A DNA stretch of 58,739 nt, taken from contig JAAOMT010000397.1 in NCBI GenBank assembly GCA_016748015.1, forward strand, positions 9,581-68,319, in the 5' to 3' direction. The first letter of the stretch is position 1. Each line of letters opens with the position of its first letter. The DNA is from Geosiphon pyriformis uo1. Lineage: Eukaryota; Fungi; Glomeromycota. The notes beneath the pieces were generated by a model that worked only from the letters and a program-made list of their open reading frames with translations, was not told the DNA's origin and made no database searches. Shown one piece after another: positions 1-12,899 of this stretch. Made by a program: the position numbers and the translations under genes.

Positions 1-1300
1 CTATAAAATGATAATATTATAAGATTAAAATATAAAACCCAATAAATCTTTAAAATTTTATCTCTATGCCAATCACACAAGACTATTTGAGTTTTTGGAA
101 AATATTTTTTGGCTGCTACTAAATAAAAATTTCATTTATTTAAAGCTAACCACTTAGAATTTGATTAAATATTGCTTTTATAACTATATTTAATAAACTT
201 TTAATAAAAAAATTATTGTACAATTTATAAATTGAAAATTTTAATTGAACAAAAATTATTATACAATTTACTTACTTAAATATTAAATTAATAACTGGTA
301 TTGTTTTTTTATTACTTATAAATAATGCTAAAACTTGACCACATAGTTCATTTAACTAATTATAAAAACAGTATTGAAAAAGTTTAAGCTATTGTAATGG
401 CTAGAATCTAGAAACAAAAAATCTGGATATTTGTATAATAGTTTTAACATGACTGTAGATGCAATACCAAAAAGTATAGTTTAACTCTTAGAATTTTGAG
501 CATTTTTAATTCCATATTGTTTTAATATGATAATGTCTTCAGCCTTATAAGTATTCATTAGAAAATGAACTTATTAATAAAGTAAATTAATATAATAATA
601 TATATAAAAAAATGAATGTAAGCAATTTTTTACTTTTTTAAATTCTAACATATTTAAATAATATAACTTTTTATCATACTTAAGAACATTTTGAATTGTC
701 TTAAGATTAGATGCAAATCGAGCAGAAATTAGTTGAACTTAATTTGTAAATCTATTACTTGTGCTCAAATTTTTTATATTATTCATTAATTTTAAAAATA
801 ATTAATATTAATAAAATTTAATTATTTTTTCGAATTTATACTTAAACTTACCAGTTGTAATTATTAAAAATAATACATTTGTAGTTTTATTTGAAATAGT
901 TTTTTTAATTAAATTGGCCATTTGGTATAGTTTTTTTCAAATGTAATTAGGATTATGATTTTTATAACACTCAATATTACATAAATTGAATAACTTGTTA
1001 TGAAAAATTACAATATAATCTTTCTAATTATATTTAATTTTATAATACACTTTTTATAAATAAAGATAAAATTAATACTTTTTAATTTTAATTAGATATT
1101 ATTTTTCTATATATATTAACTTTGAATTTGTATTTTTGTTTGTATTTTCATTTACAAATATAATGGCTTTTACATTTCTTTTATGTACCTTAATATTCAA
1201 TAAAATACTATTATCTATATAGAAGTATAATTTATATAAATAACAATCTTTTAATCACTTTTTATGTATACAGTTATGATCTAAAATTTTATAGTTATAG
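1..1300 (-). pseudogene. Degenerate Mutator/MULE-like transposase fragment
   Basis: Manual minus-strand translation gives TILFGIASTVMLKLLYKYPDFLFLDSS..NSLNF (~380-510) and YLVAAKKYFPKTQIVLCDWH (~65-130). These match the MULE core D..A..FP..LCxWH pattern. Many stops; the 5' boundary is approximate. Confidence 0.55.
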
Positions 1301-1618
1301 GAATATTGTATTAAACATATATAAATCTAATACTAAAAATACTTCTATAAGTAGCACTTGTATATATTAAATAATTGGCAATAATAGACCAAATGGTCTT
1401 TTTTGTTTTAATAAATCTAATAAACAAATCATAAGTATTTATTAGTAATAATATTATAGTAGTAAAAATAATATACTTTTATTTTTTTTACATATTTTAT
1501 ATATTTTATTTTTTTTAATCTTATATAATATAGTCAATAAAATACAATTTATCACAGATTTTACTTGATACAATCATGAAGTTTACAAGTTTAAAATTCA
1601 ATTGCATTTATTTTTATA

Positions 1619-1644
1619 TAGTGTATACAACTTAATTCTAACTA
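1619..1644. repeat. Left terminal inverted repeat
   Basis: tagtgtatacaacttaattctaacta versus the reverse complement of 5803-5828, cagtatatacaacttagtcctaacta: 22/26 identical, all mismatches transitions. CAGT-type end. Confidence 0.85.
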
Positions 1645-1974
1645 CTAAACTTAATAAAATTCAAGTTATTACTTCTTGCTCAAAAAAAAATAGACACTAA
1701 ATTTAATTAATAAATGATAAAGCTATTTAAATTAAACAATATTATGTTTTCAAATTTTCTGTAAAATAATTTTTAAAAAAACAGTAGTGATTTAAAGTTG
1801 ATTAATTTTATTATTAAACTGATAATTTGGCTACTTACATAAAATAAACATATATAATCATATTTATTGCTAATTGGCTAATTTAAAAATAGTATATTAA
1901 GTAAATTTTTCTTAATTATAACATCAACTTTTTAGTATAATACTAAATTAACTAATTTATTAAATATCAATTAA

Positions 1975-4029
1975 TTATAAAACTGAATTAAGAACCTAGC
2001 AATATGAATGGTATTTTTTAACTGCAAATTCTGTTATTTGATCTGTTAAACTTTTTTGGTACACATTCATATAATAAAATGTTTTTCTTACATATTAATG
2101 AATAGTTGTAAGTAAAATAAAAATAAAAACTAATAAAACAGTTTTTTGTAATCCTGTTTATAAGTAATCACAATATGATTGACTAAATTTTTTGGTTATA
2201 TTTTAAAAGTTTTCAATATAGTTGAGCTCACAATGAAACTTTAAATAGAACACAATTTAATATTTAGTTACAACAATAGTCTCTTTTAGCTGTCTTTTTT
2301 ATGCTAAAAAGTTTGGTTGTTTACTCATTATTTTTTATGTTTCTTTTAATTTTAATTTTTTATTTGGCCATAATTTTTTTTTAATTAAAATTTGTTTTAA
2401 TTCTTTTGTCTGTTCACACAATTTGAAAATTTAATAATCTAATGAAAAGACTATATTCTGTTAAATTTTTTACCAAAATATGTACTTTGCATCTTTGGTT
2501 GCTTTTTATTAAGGCTAAAATTTATATACTTAGCAATAAGTATATCTGGTAAAAAAGTGGCATAACTTAATACATTATTAAATGCAAATAAAGCCTAATA
2601 TCTTGGAAAGCATGCTTCAAATATGGAAATAGCACATTTAACTATCTGATTAATTAAGTTTTTGGTCTTTTACCAATCATTATTATTTTTGCCTAAGTGT
2701 ATAAAAATACAAACTTTTCTAGAAAAGTTGTTTGATGTTTGCATTTTCTTAGGAAGTACAAAACAACCACAAACATCAGTCAAAAATTCACTAATATGAA
2801 TTGGATAACTATTACCTTTTTTTTATAAAGATTGTTCTCTATTAGGAATCCAAAAACTTTAACTTCTATTATAAGCTGAGAAAATACACTCATCATGTAT
2901 AATAAAAATAAGTAATTGTATATTATTCTTTGATCAAATTATCTTTTTTAAATCATTTTCTGAGAAAGTGAACATCTTATGTTTAAGTTTACTCATTTTT
3001 TCTAAAAATATTTTTCAATAGATCATTACATCTTCTTTTTCATATCTATTTATATACACTCTCTTTTTTACCTTAACATATACATATTCAAGTTTTTTCA
3101 AATAATTTTTTACTGTATTGAAATAAATAATTGAAAATAGTGCAAATTCAAGTCCTGGCAAAATAATTTCATTTATCTGTGTCATTAACATTTGTAAAGT
3201 AATATCTCACTTATGTTCTTGAATAAATGATTTTATTTAAAGAAGGATATTCTTATCTCAAAAAAAGCTCCATATTTTGGCATGATGTCTTCAGTAAAAG
3301 TAAGAAATTTGATGAATCATTACATATTTATGTGTCCAAGAACAAATACATTTAGCATGATATACTTTTTTTTTTATTGTGTTAGCAACAATTTTACTTG
3401 TTTCCATTTTTGGATAACCGCATTTTACAAGTTGGAGATAGAAACAAATGCCATTTAGACATATCTAAATCTCACTATTTACATTTTTTTTTTGATATTT
3501 AATACCAGGTTTTTGAGAGCTGCTAAAAGTTTATTATATCAATTACAATTCTCATCCTTATTATTCAATTGTCTGTCAATATCATCATTTGCTTTTATAT
3601 TAGTCTTATTAGCCAGCTCTTTATCAACTTTCTTAGCAGATCTCTTGGTATTCCAAAAGATATGCAACATAAGAGTTTTTTTTGCTGTCTCATACTGTTG
3701 TTGATTTTTTTTTCTTTTAGTACAACTTAAGTTTCTATATAATTTAGTCTATATGCTTCATAAAAAGCATGTTTTTGATAATATTTTTTTGCTGCTTTTT
3801 GAAGTTTTTTAACAATGCTTACAGCATTATCATTTTTTATTGGCTTATTATGAACAAAAAAACTATTAACATCATCATAACTGCCTAGTTCATTATAAAA
3901 AAAAATATTGTCAATATCAGAATAATCTTTAGAGTTATCATCAATAGATATATTTTAGATATATTAATGTGCAACTTTTGCTTCATAAGCTTTTTTTGAA
4001 TGTTTTTAACATTTAGTTAGACATGACAT
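1975..4029 (-). pseudogene. Fungal Tc1-like DDE transposase pseudogene
   Basis: Decayed motifs in the expected order: IIHDECIFSAY, KKGN..IHISEFL, LFAFNN (FDN), FYLKFHCELNYIENF, AVKKYHS. Probable start ATG at 4029; many in-frame stops. Confidence 0.85.
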
Positions 4030-4580
4030 ATTGGTAAATTGGAAATCTTTCCTAATAAAATCTAGCTAACATAACTAGTTGTTACTTTTATTTGATAATT
4101 AACAAACTTTAATTATAACAGGGGGCAGAAACTTAGACTGAATTATTTACTATTAAAAGAACTTTCTCACTGATTAGTAATGACTTCAGTATTATGAGTA
4201 AACTTGGTGGGTATAGGAAATGATAACATTTGGTGCTCTCAATTATTGATCTTCCGCGTAATTCTGTTGGCTTAGTCTTAATTATCAGTCTCTGAAGGTC
4301 TATTTTTGGATGTGAATTTATCTGTTGAGTTCTTTGGTTATAAGGCACAGAGTTTGTCTTTCATCAATTGCAATGTTTTTTATAAATGTGAGCTTTCTTT
4401 TCTGAGCTAATGAGCACAGTCGTTAGGATCTGGCATTGTCTTTTTGCCTTTCTGGTAAGCTAACAAGATAATGTTAATATTCAAAACTTAGGGAGAGCTT
4501 TCCTCTTTTACCAGGCTATCACGAAGTCTATTTCCAGACAGTCAATTTTACTATATTGCCACTCCACAAAAAATAAGACA

Positions 4581-4587
4581 GAAAAAG

Positions 4588-4652
<65 letters not shown>
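4581..4652 (+). repeat. Poly(A) tract of about 70 nt inside the solo LTR
   Basis: Directly visible; it produces the spurious poly-Phe ORF 4508..4708. Confidence 0.95.
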
Positions 4653-4655
<3 letters not shown>

Positions 4656-5065
4656 AGAAAAGATAAATTAGTATTGTCAATTGCTGTAATCAAAAGCAAT
4701 TGGTCCAAATTGTTAATAGGTTTGAGGCGGTTATGCTAAGAGCATCTGTCCTAGAATAGAGGTATAAGACAAGGGTTAATTCATGTAAATTCCACGAAGT
4801 TCGAGAACATGAATTTATGATTCTGATTTTTTTTAATAATTGGTTTTATTTCAGGAGCTGAAAATAGAGAAGATAATAAAGAATGAAGGGGTATGGATAT
4901 TTTATTCTTGTTTAGAGGTTTATATCTATCTGTCTGTCTTTTCTCACTTCTACAACTACTTGCTTTTATACATTCTTTTGGTTTTACAGAATTGCTTTCA
5001 ATTGTTTCACTATCACTAGCTATTGTTTTGTTGTTTCTGTTATTGCTTTATTTTTTTATGTTATT

Positions 5066-5250
5066 GCTAGTTATCCTATGTTATAACACATTATCTGACA
5101 TTATTATATATTATTCTGTGTTATTCTGCATTATAACACGTTATTCTACATTATTGTGTGCTATTTTGTGTTATCCTGCATTATAATATGTTATCCTATG
5201 TTATAATGCGTTATCCAATGTTATTGCACATTATTCTGTGTTATGTCATG
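5066..5250. repeat. Degenerate ~9-10 bp tandem repeat (gttatyctry-like) in the LTR U3
   Basis: Repeated ttat/gttat units at regular spacing. Confidence 0.7.
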
Positions 5251-5802
5251 TTTTGGTCACGTTTCTTTATAACTTTGGATCAGTTTTTCTATTCAGGTAA
5301 CATTGGTTAAAAGGTAAGTAATTTTATTTATTTATAAGTGTATTTTATGTTAGTTTTATATTTTTTAACGCATTTTTTTTATTTTATTTAAATTAGTCTT
5401 TATTGACTATAATTTTTATAATTATTACAATATTTAAATAATTATTATAATAGAAACAATTATAATTATTAATAAGTAATTGTTCTTTTTTTTGTACACA
5501 AATAAGAGCTTTTATTCATTTTGTGATATTCAATATCTGATTGCCTTTTTGTTAGTTCTATTGCTGCTATTTTTATATATATATTATACACATAATTAAA
5601 AAAAAATTGATATTTTTTAAACATTTCCTAATTAGTTAATTTTCTTTTATCCAAACATTAATTATTATTGTGTTACAGTAAGGCATACAGGTCACAGTTG
5701 TGGAATTACAAGAACATATGATCTGTAAACTCGAATATGCATCAATAAAATTACAATATTACTGTATCTTGTGATCTTAAATTTGGCCACTTAAAAATTT
5801 TT

Positions 5803-5828
5803 TAGTTAGGACTAAGTTGTATATACTG
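5803..5828. repeat. Right terminal inverted repeat
   Basis: Partner of 1619-1644; ends ...atatactg followed by TA. Confidence 0.85.
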
Positions 5829-5857
5829 TATAAAACTAATTTATATTAAATTTACTA

Positions 5858-8760
5858 TGAAACCAATACTATTAAAAAAAACAAAAAGAAAAAATTGCTC
5901 CATATATTTTTAAAATTAATAATACCCAAACTTTTCAGGAATATTTAAATAAAGCATAATTTTATTATCTAAAAATTCACAATCAAGTCTGGATAATAGC
6001 ATATTTAATAATATTTTACTAAAGTAACTGAAGTATAGAAATACTTATCAATGGCTCTAGTGAATATGTACTTTATAAGTTGTTATTTGTAAAATTAAGT
6101 CTATCAATTCTCATGCTACATGATCAAACATTAATCACAGGGACAACAATCTAACAACCTAATTTAATGTATGCAATTGTTCTACAATGTGATATGCCTC
6201 ATAATACAAGGAAATACAACAAGATATAAATGCGCACACTATATGTTCTTTTCTTTTATACTAATAAATCTGACAACATGAACCAAAAACCAATCTTTGA
6301 ATTTACTTTTCAATAGTTGAAAGACCATTCTGATGTTACCACCAACAAAATTTACAAAGAGTACTTTAAAATACAAAAAACAGTATAAGTTAATAGAAAA
6401 GCAATAGAAGTTCATAGAGTAGCTATGAGTTCAACAAGAAAATAATTAGAATACATTACAACATGTGTATTGGAAAAAGTATAGAATAGAATATTATTGA
6501 ATATACATAAATTTGTTACAAAGATAAACTTAAAATAGAGCATAGTAAAATTGGCTTGGGCTTATCCATTTTGTTTTTTATTTTGACACTGGTTTTACAG
6601 AAGCATCCCATCTGTAAAGTGAAGTCAAGAAACAGAGATTTAACTGAAATTATGTTATATTGAAAAACACATTTAAAAATACTTTGATAAAGCCTCAAAA
6701 AGACTACATTGATGTATTTTTTTGTTATTTAGAACAGTATGCTAGTATATAAATGCTGCAACAGTTTTATGTTTCATTCACATTATTCATACAAACTAGC
6801 AATACTGACAAGTCAAGACTATTAAGAGAATTAGCATTTGAAAAAGACGTCTTTGTAGTATATATTTGTTTGTATGATTCAAAATTAAGAGGCCATCCAA
6901 AGTGTTTTATTATTGCTAATGTATTCACTAAACAAGCTTTTCTGAAAGCTTATTATCTTACTTTTTTGTCAGCTTTGTTTGGTGTATATTCAGAATTCTT
7001 TAATCAACAACTTTGTAAAAATACAGAAAATATATGTGGTTGTATGTTTGATATTTTTATTAGTGACAAAAATGATAAAATATTTGAGTTGTAAAACACA
7101 TTTTGGAATAATATGTCAGAACAGATAAAATTGCAAGAGACTTTAAACAAGCCAGTGTCTGTTGTTGTAAAAGAATTAGAAAGCCACTATAAAGACCTCA
7201 TAATTACTTTAAAAAACCTGTACAACTCCTTTTCATTTAAAGTGCTATTAGTTCTTGACAAAACTAGTGTATTGATTAACAGAAAGAATAACAAAAGTAA
7301 TTTTTATAACTTATGGAGAGCATTACAGGCTATTCTACATAAGACTAATGTCTGTTTTATGGCACTTTTTACAGATATACTTTCAAGAGTCTCAGATTTC
7401 TTTTCTGTCAAATGCTATGATCTATTCACCAAAGTCAGTTATGGAAAGAGACTATACAAACCATTTTACTTTCTTGACATATTTAATTGCCATATGCAAC
7501 AATCAGCAAATATTACAGTTTCATTATCAATAGCTCAAATTCACAATATAAGACAACCTCTTTGAGCAGATGTTGATAAAAAAGCTATTATATAATATGC
7601 CATAGAAAAAATCTTCTGTGACAGAGAGAAAGCCAGAAATATATATAAAGTGGAACATAAAGCAGTTATCAAAAAAGTAATAAAAGCACTAGCAATTCTT
7701 GGACCACAGCTCTATTTAAAAATTTCAAATCTTTTACAACAAGCATCTGAGTTAATCAGTAGTTATATGAGAATCATGCACCATATTATTGAGAAATAGA
7801 AATTTCTTACTACAATATCTTTTAGTAAACCTGTATTGGCTGAGACTGTAAGCCATATAATAAACTACTCTGAGATTTTTGTGTAAGTTTTAGACTACTT
7901 AGTCAGCTCAATCAGGAATTATTTTGTTGTCAATGCAAATAATTAGAGTGAACTTGTCAGCAGAATTCTGTGTCTTTTGGCAATTGACAAAGTAATTTAG
8001 TCGAAATCCAAATAATCAGAATCCAAATTCTAGAACATGTACTTACAGCCTATTACCATACAAGAATTTTTTGATGCACTTGTTGATTTAGAGTTGTGCA
8101 AAAAGCTTAGTCTAATTTTTGCTGAAAAAGCCAATGGCATGATGCTTTGCAATAGCAAAATCAGGTTTAATTATTTCACATATGTTGAGTTCACTCCTAC
8201 TAAACTGGATCTTATTAACTTTTTCTTTTGTGAAACAGCTGTGTTTTGTAAATAAAATCAAAAAGGAGTGAATATTATCATTCCAGTTGTTATGGTTCAA
8301 GATGATGAAACTCTAATTACAAAAAAGAATGTAACATTTATTAGTATTCAAGTCAAAAATTGTAAAGTTGATGGTCTAACTAGTAACAAAGATCAGCAAA
8401 AAGAGAGCACACAATCGTTTAAACAACAGAAGATAGATAATATATTCAAATAAACAGCTTGTTATATTGGCATTGATAACTGCAAACTATTCTTTTTACC
8501 TTATCTTAGAATTTACATGAGTTTTGGAGTGACATTTAAAGATATTAAATACAATAACACTTTAGACATTAGAATAATAACATGAATAAATTCCAAAGAT
8601 AGAATGAGACATTTGAGTATTTATGGACTCTCAAAAAATGTGTATGCATGTTTCAATAATACAAACAGTAATATAATAGAATCACTGTTGCACAAGTTGT
8701 TAATATTTTATGTTGATTCTATTAAAAAAAAATAGCATTCTGTAGAACAGATATAAAGCA
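5858..8760 (+). pseudogene. Crinkler-like P-loop NTPase + restriction-endonuclease-fold pseudogene
   Basis: ORF fragments 6753, 7113, 8037 and 8268 are collinear. Motifs: decayed Walker A IQTSNTDKSRLL (ancestral ..SGTGKS..), VVYICL, LLVLDK (Walker B-like), KPVLAE, ELVSRIL, RFNYF, GVNIIIPV...ISIQVKN (D..QxK nuclease). The N-terminal boundary is uncertain. Confidence 0.6.
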
Positions 8761-9089
8761 AGTAATAAATGGGTTCAACAGTATAAAGAGATTGTGAAAA
8801 ATATGGAGTCTTTACAGTATAATCACAGTATGTTAGTGTATCATTGTCTTTTTTTGTCACATCTACTAATCCTCTGTTATACTAAAAAGATGAAAAAAAA
8901 AATGCAAAAAAGCATATACAGTATAATAAGAATAGAACAATAATTATTATTGTTCTAATCTATAGTAATTTTTTACTGGCAGAAAACTATTATTGAATTG
9001 TGCAATATTAATAAAATCAATAAAACTTGCCAAATATGATGTGAAAATTTTACAAAAAAATAAAAATTTATATATAGAATTAACTGTAT

Positions 9090-10282
9090 ATGAAAGATTA
9101 TAATAATAATGATTCAACCAAATATAAAAAAACAATATATTTCCTGAAAATAGGTTGTAAATGTGGTTTAAAAATAATTTTGAAAGAGAAGTTTGCTAAA
9201 TTACATGAAGCATTTCACACTTACTCTAAATCTGAACAAAACATATTTTTAATAGTCCAGCTAAAAGCAATAAATGATAGAGAAATAACTACCAGCCAAT
9301 GTTTTAAAAAAAAAATGCATACTAATAAAAAAACTTTTTATTATTAAGATTACAATACACTTTTTTGTTAGAAAATATATCTCAACATGTTAGGAATTGG
9401 TCATATTTACTTTGAAAACATTAAAAATTACTTAATAACATATAGTATAATACTATGTATTTATGGTAACATAAAATAAATACCATGATAAAAAACTAAA
9501 TTAACAATTGATATAATCATTGCTACCACTGTGAAAAATTTTCTCAAGAATTACACTGAAATACATAGATTATTAAGTCTTGGTAAAAATGTTAACCGAA
9601 TTACTCAATTGCTTATACTTTTACCAATTAAAACTAGTTATAAATCAGTTTATTGTGATTTTATTGTAGATTTTGAAAATGATAAAACATTAAAATTGTT
9701 AAAATATGATGCATTTTGCAAGTTATAGCATTAATTAACACTTTATATTCAAATTATGAATTAAAAAACCAATTTATGTGATACTTGTTAATATTTTTAG
9801 AATGATTTACAATACAATACTTGCAAAAAAGAAGAGGCAAAAAATTTATTGAAAAATTTAAAAAAACATCTAGTTAAGGCTAAATTAAAGAGAAACTATT
9901 ACAACAAAAATACGAAATTAACAGAACAACAAAGACAATTAGTAGACAAGAATTATCTTGTGACAGAAGTTAAAGCTGATTATTGTAATGTTGATGTTAC
10001 TGCTCATTACAGTTATGATTGAGCACAAAATGTTCACATTTCACATTCTGATCAACAGGTAAAATTTATTATCTTAGTTTGCATAAAGTGTATTTATTTG
10101 GTGTATAAAATAAAACAATATGTAAACAAATTAATTACGTTCTCAATAAAGGCAAAATAATAGGCAAAAATCTTAATGGTATACTGAGTCTGGTTTTTAA
10201 TAGAATAAAAAATTGAATAAAAGTAAAAAACATTTAAAGATTATTTGTAACAATATAGGTGGTCAAAATAAAAATAATTCTA
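9090..10282 (+). pseudogene. Sola-like DDD transposase fragment, truncated by a Tc1-like insertion
   Basis: N-terminal CKC, NLCDTC, HYSYD*AQNVHI and terminal CNNIGGQNKNN (DNxxGQNKN). The sequence breaks at TA 10281-10282. Confidence 0.6.
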
Positions 10283-10600
10283 TAGTGTAAATTATTTATA
10301 ATCATCAAAAATGTAGATCAGTCTAAAATTTTAAATGATGATCTTTATGTGTTTTTATTTATATAATTAAATTTTATTGGTTAATATACATGTGGTTTTA
10401 ATATATTATTTATAAAAAAAAAAAATTTTATTAAATTTTATATAATATTAAACCAAATACAGTATTACAAAGTTTGAATATTATCTGGAATTTTTTTATA
10501 AGATTTCTACTTTTTTATAGCATATTTTACTAATTTTTAATCAAGATCTTTTTTATAAAGATTCATATAACATCAATATTTTCTTGAAAATTGTTTAATA
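10283..10600 (-). mobile_element. 3' end of a second Tc1-like transposon (transposase C-terminus + TIR)
   Basis: 10470-10600 translates IKQFSRKY*CYMNLYKKDLD*KLVKYAIKK*KSYKKIP, homologous to the end of the 1975-4029 transposase. The terminus reads TA|(c>t)agtg at 10283. Confidence 0.7.
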
Positions 10601-11227
10601 NNNNNNNNNNNNNNNNNNNNNNNNNNNNNNNNNNNNNNNNNNNNNNNNNNNNNNNNNNNNNNNNNNNNNNNNNNNNNNNNNNNNNNNNNNNNNNNNNNNN
10701 NNNNNNNNNNNNNNNNNNNNNNNNNNNNNNNNNNNNNNNNNNNNNNNNNNNNNNNNNNNNNNNNNNNNNNNNNNNNNNNNNNNNNNNNNNNNNNNNNNNN
10801 NNNNNNNNNNNNNNNNNNNNNNNNNNNNNNNNNNNNNNNNNNNNNNNNNNNNNNNNNNNNNNNNNNNNNNNNNNNNNNNNNNNNNNNNNNNNNNNNNNNN
10901 NNNNNNNNNNNNNNNNNNNNNNNNNNNNNNNNNNNNNNNNNNNNNNNNNNNNNNNNNNNNNNNNNNNNNNNNNNNNNNNNNNNNNNNNNNNNNNNNNNNN
11001 NNNNNNNNNNNNNNNNNNNNNNNNNNNNNNNNNNNNNNNNNNNNNNNNNNNNNNNNNNNNNNNNNNNNNNNNNNNNNNNNNNNNNNNNNNNNNNNNNNNN
11101 NNNNNNNNNNNNNNNNNNNNNNNNNNNNNNNNNNNNNNNNNNNNNNNNNNNNNNNNNNNNNNNNNNNNNNNNNNNNNNNNNNNNNNNNNNNNNNNNNNNN
11201 NNNNNNNNNNNNNNNNNNNNNNNNNNN
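10601..11227. other. Assembly gap
   Basis: Run of N. Confidence 1.
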
Positions 11228-11922
11228 GCTTACTAAAATTGTGTAATTACTTTGTAATAAAAGTCAACTCTTTTACAAAAATCTTGTTTGTAGACTACCT
11301 TAATGATTATAATAAGAAAAATAAAAGAAAATAAAAAAAATATAAAAGAATTGGGATTTTGTGAAGAGAATCATTTTCTGATCTAGGCCTAGAGTCATTA
11401 ACAGTTTACTAAAATTGGTAGCTAATTAATTTCAAAACGTTAGTAGAGTTTTCAGAGAATTTTAAGTGCAATTTTTAATTAAAAAATTTGGTTTTCAAGT
11501 ATTGATTTTTATTTGATTTTTTTTTAAAAAAGTAAGAAAAATATCTATGGTAAGATAATTTTAATAAAATATATATTTTTTTAAAGAAAAAAGCTTTTTT
11601 TTTATACAACTTGTTATAATACTAATTTATAAACTTAAATTTTTTTTTGCTATGATTTTGACAAACTAAAGATATATTTTGGTAAATTAAAAGTTATTTC
11701 AGTAAACTATTTGTAATTTCAGTAAATTTTTACAAATTTTAGTGAATTTTTGAATGTTATATAGTTCAGGATATTGTATAATTTAATCATCTTAATTTCT
11801 ATTGTACAAATTAGGTTATTAATTAAATAGTAATATTCAATAATTTGATTAAATAATAAGTTATAATTTGAAATGATATTAATATATGCTAATTAATAAT
11901 ACGAATTATAAAGATAATTTTA
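11228..11922 (-). repeat. 3' LTR of the family A element (runs into the gap; first ~30 bp and PPT deleted)
   Basis: Collinear with 20014-20749. Confidence 0.9.
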
Positions 11923-12554
11923 AGATAGTGATCCAAAATTATTGAAGTAATTTGGTCTGAAAATTGTTGAAATTTTAGTTTTGTGAGTTTGCCAATTTAT
12001 TAAATTTTTATTGGTTGAAGTATTGGATTTTGTAGAACATTCTCACAAGTATTGAATAGGTCATAGAGTCTATAAGCTGCTTTAAGTTTGTAATAAGTGT
12101 TTGTTAATTCAACTGCTGTCTTAAATTTGTTGTAAATTTGTTTTTGTATAGCTTCTAAAGTGAGGTTTGTTGTTACAAGTTTCAGTTTTTGTTCATAAAA
12201 TGTTCTTTTAATATAAAAATATCTAAATATAGAGATATATTCATAACTTTATTTATTAAGAAACAGTTGAAGCTTTTGTTGGGTTGTGACATTTGGTATA
12301 ATGTCAATAGAGACAAATAAAAAATTTTCTTTTAAAACTTGTTTCAAGAATTTTGGCAATTGAATTCCAGAATAACTTCTTATATTTCTTCTATAAGGGT
12401 GATAATTTTGCAAATTTTTTACTACTTGGGCTGTAATTTCTTTCGGAATGTAATTAATTTGACTTCTATTAATCATTATAGATAAGTTAAAAAGTGTTTT
12501 TAAAGCTAACATTAATTTGTAAGATATTTGTTGAATGTTTTGGAGAATAAACAT
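11923..12554 (-). pseudogene. Extra ORF (ORF3) between integrase and 3' LTR, unknown function
   Basis: ORF 12249..12554 continues past a stop as ...KQIYNKFKTAVELTNTYYKLKAAYRLYDLFNTCENVLQNPILQPIKI..IGKLTKLKFQQF. A second copy lies at 25350-25735. Confidence 0.7.
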
Positions 12555-12899
12555 TATAATAAAAATAAATTTTTAGAAATAAAAAAAATGAAAAAAAAAT
12601 AATTTTTAGTATATAAGTTTTATATATTTTTGGATTTGGTTATTTTTTGATAATTATTTCACTATTTTTGATTAATGTTTCTGTATTTGTAGAGAGATTA
12701 TTAATAAAATTAAATGTTTAATTTTTGTTTTATTATAACTTTTGGTTCTAAATTTTGAAGAATGTCTTTAGGATTAATTAAAAAAAAATATGTACCAATT
12801 TGTGGAATTGACAATTTAGGATTATTTCTGAAATAATAGTGCTTTAGTCAATTTCCATGTGTAATTTTAGCTAAAATTTTGTTATTAAGTCTTAACTTG

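Larger units (their letters stand above)
4114..5295 (-). mobile_element. Solo LTR (third family) inserted upstream of the transposase
   Basis: On the minus strand it starts TGAATAG (5295) and ends cccctgttaTA (CA decayed). It has a short-repeat U3, a TATAAAAG box and a T-tract, the same layout as the other LTRs here. No clean TSD found. Confidence 0.6.
1619..5828 (-). mobile_element. Tc1/mariner-like DNA transposon, full extent, interrupted by a solo LTR
   Basis: Inverted terminal repeats at 1619-1644 and 5803-5828, each flanked by TA (1617-1618, 5829-5830), enclose a decayed DDE transposase. Confidence 0.85.

Noticed and set aside
4508-5186. Hydrophobic ORFs 4508..4708 and 4893..5186 resembling membrane proteins
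   Set aside because: They are translations of a poly(A) tract and low-complexity LTR repeats.
4109-5300. Target-site duplication for the solo LTR
   Set aside because: The flanks (ttaat versus ggtaa) do not match convincingly.
11923-11945. Apparent Gypsy family with no polypurine tract
   Set aside because: The sister copy at 25328-25345 has a PPT; its absence here is a local deletion.
11923-12554. ORF3 as an envelope gene
   Set aside because: Too short, and no signal peptide or transmembrane segment is visible.
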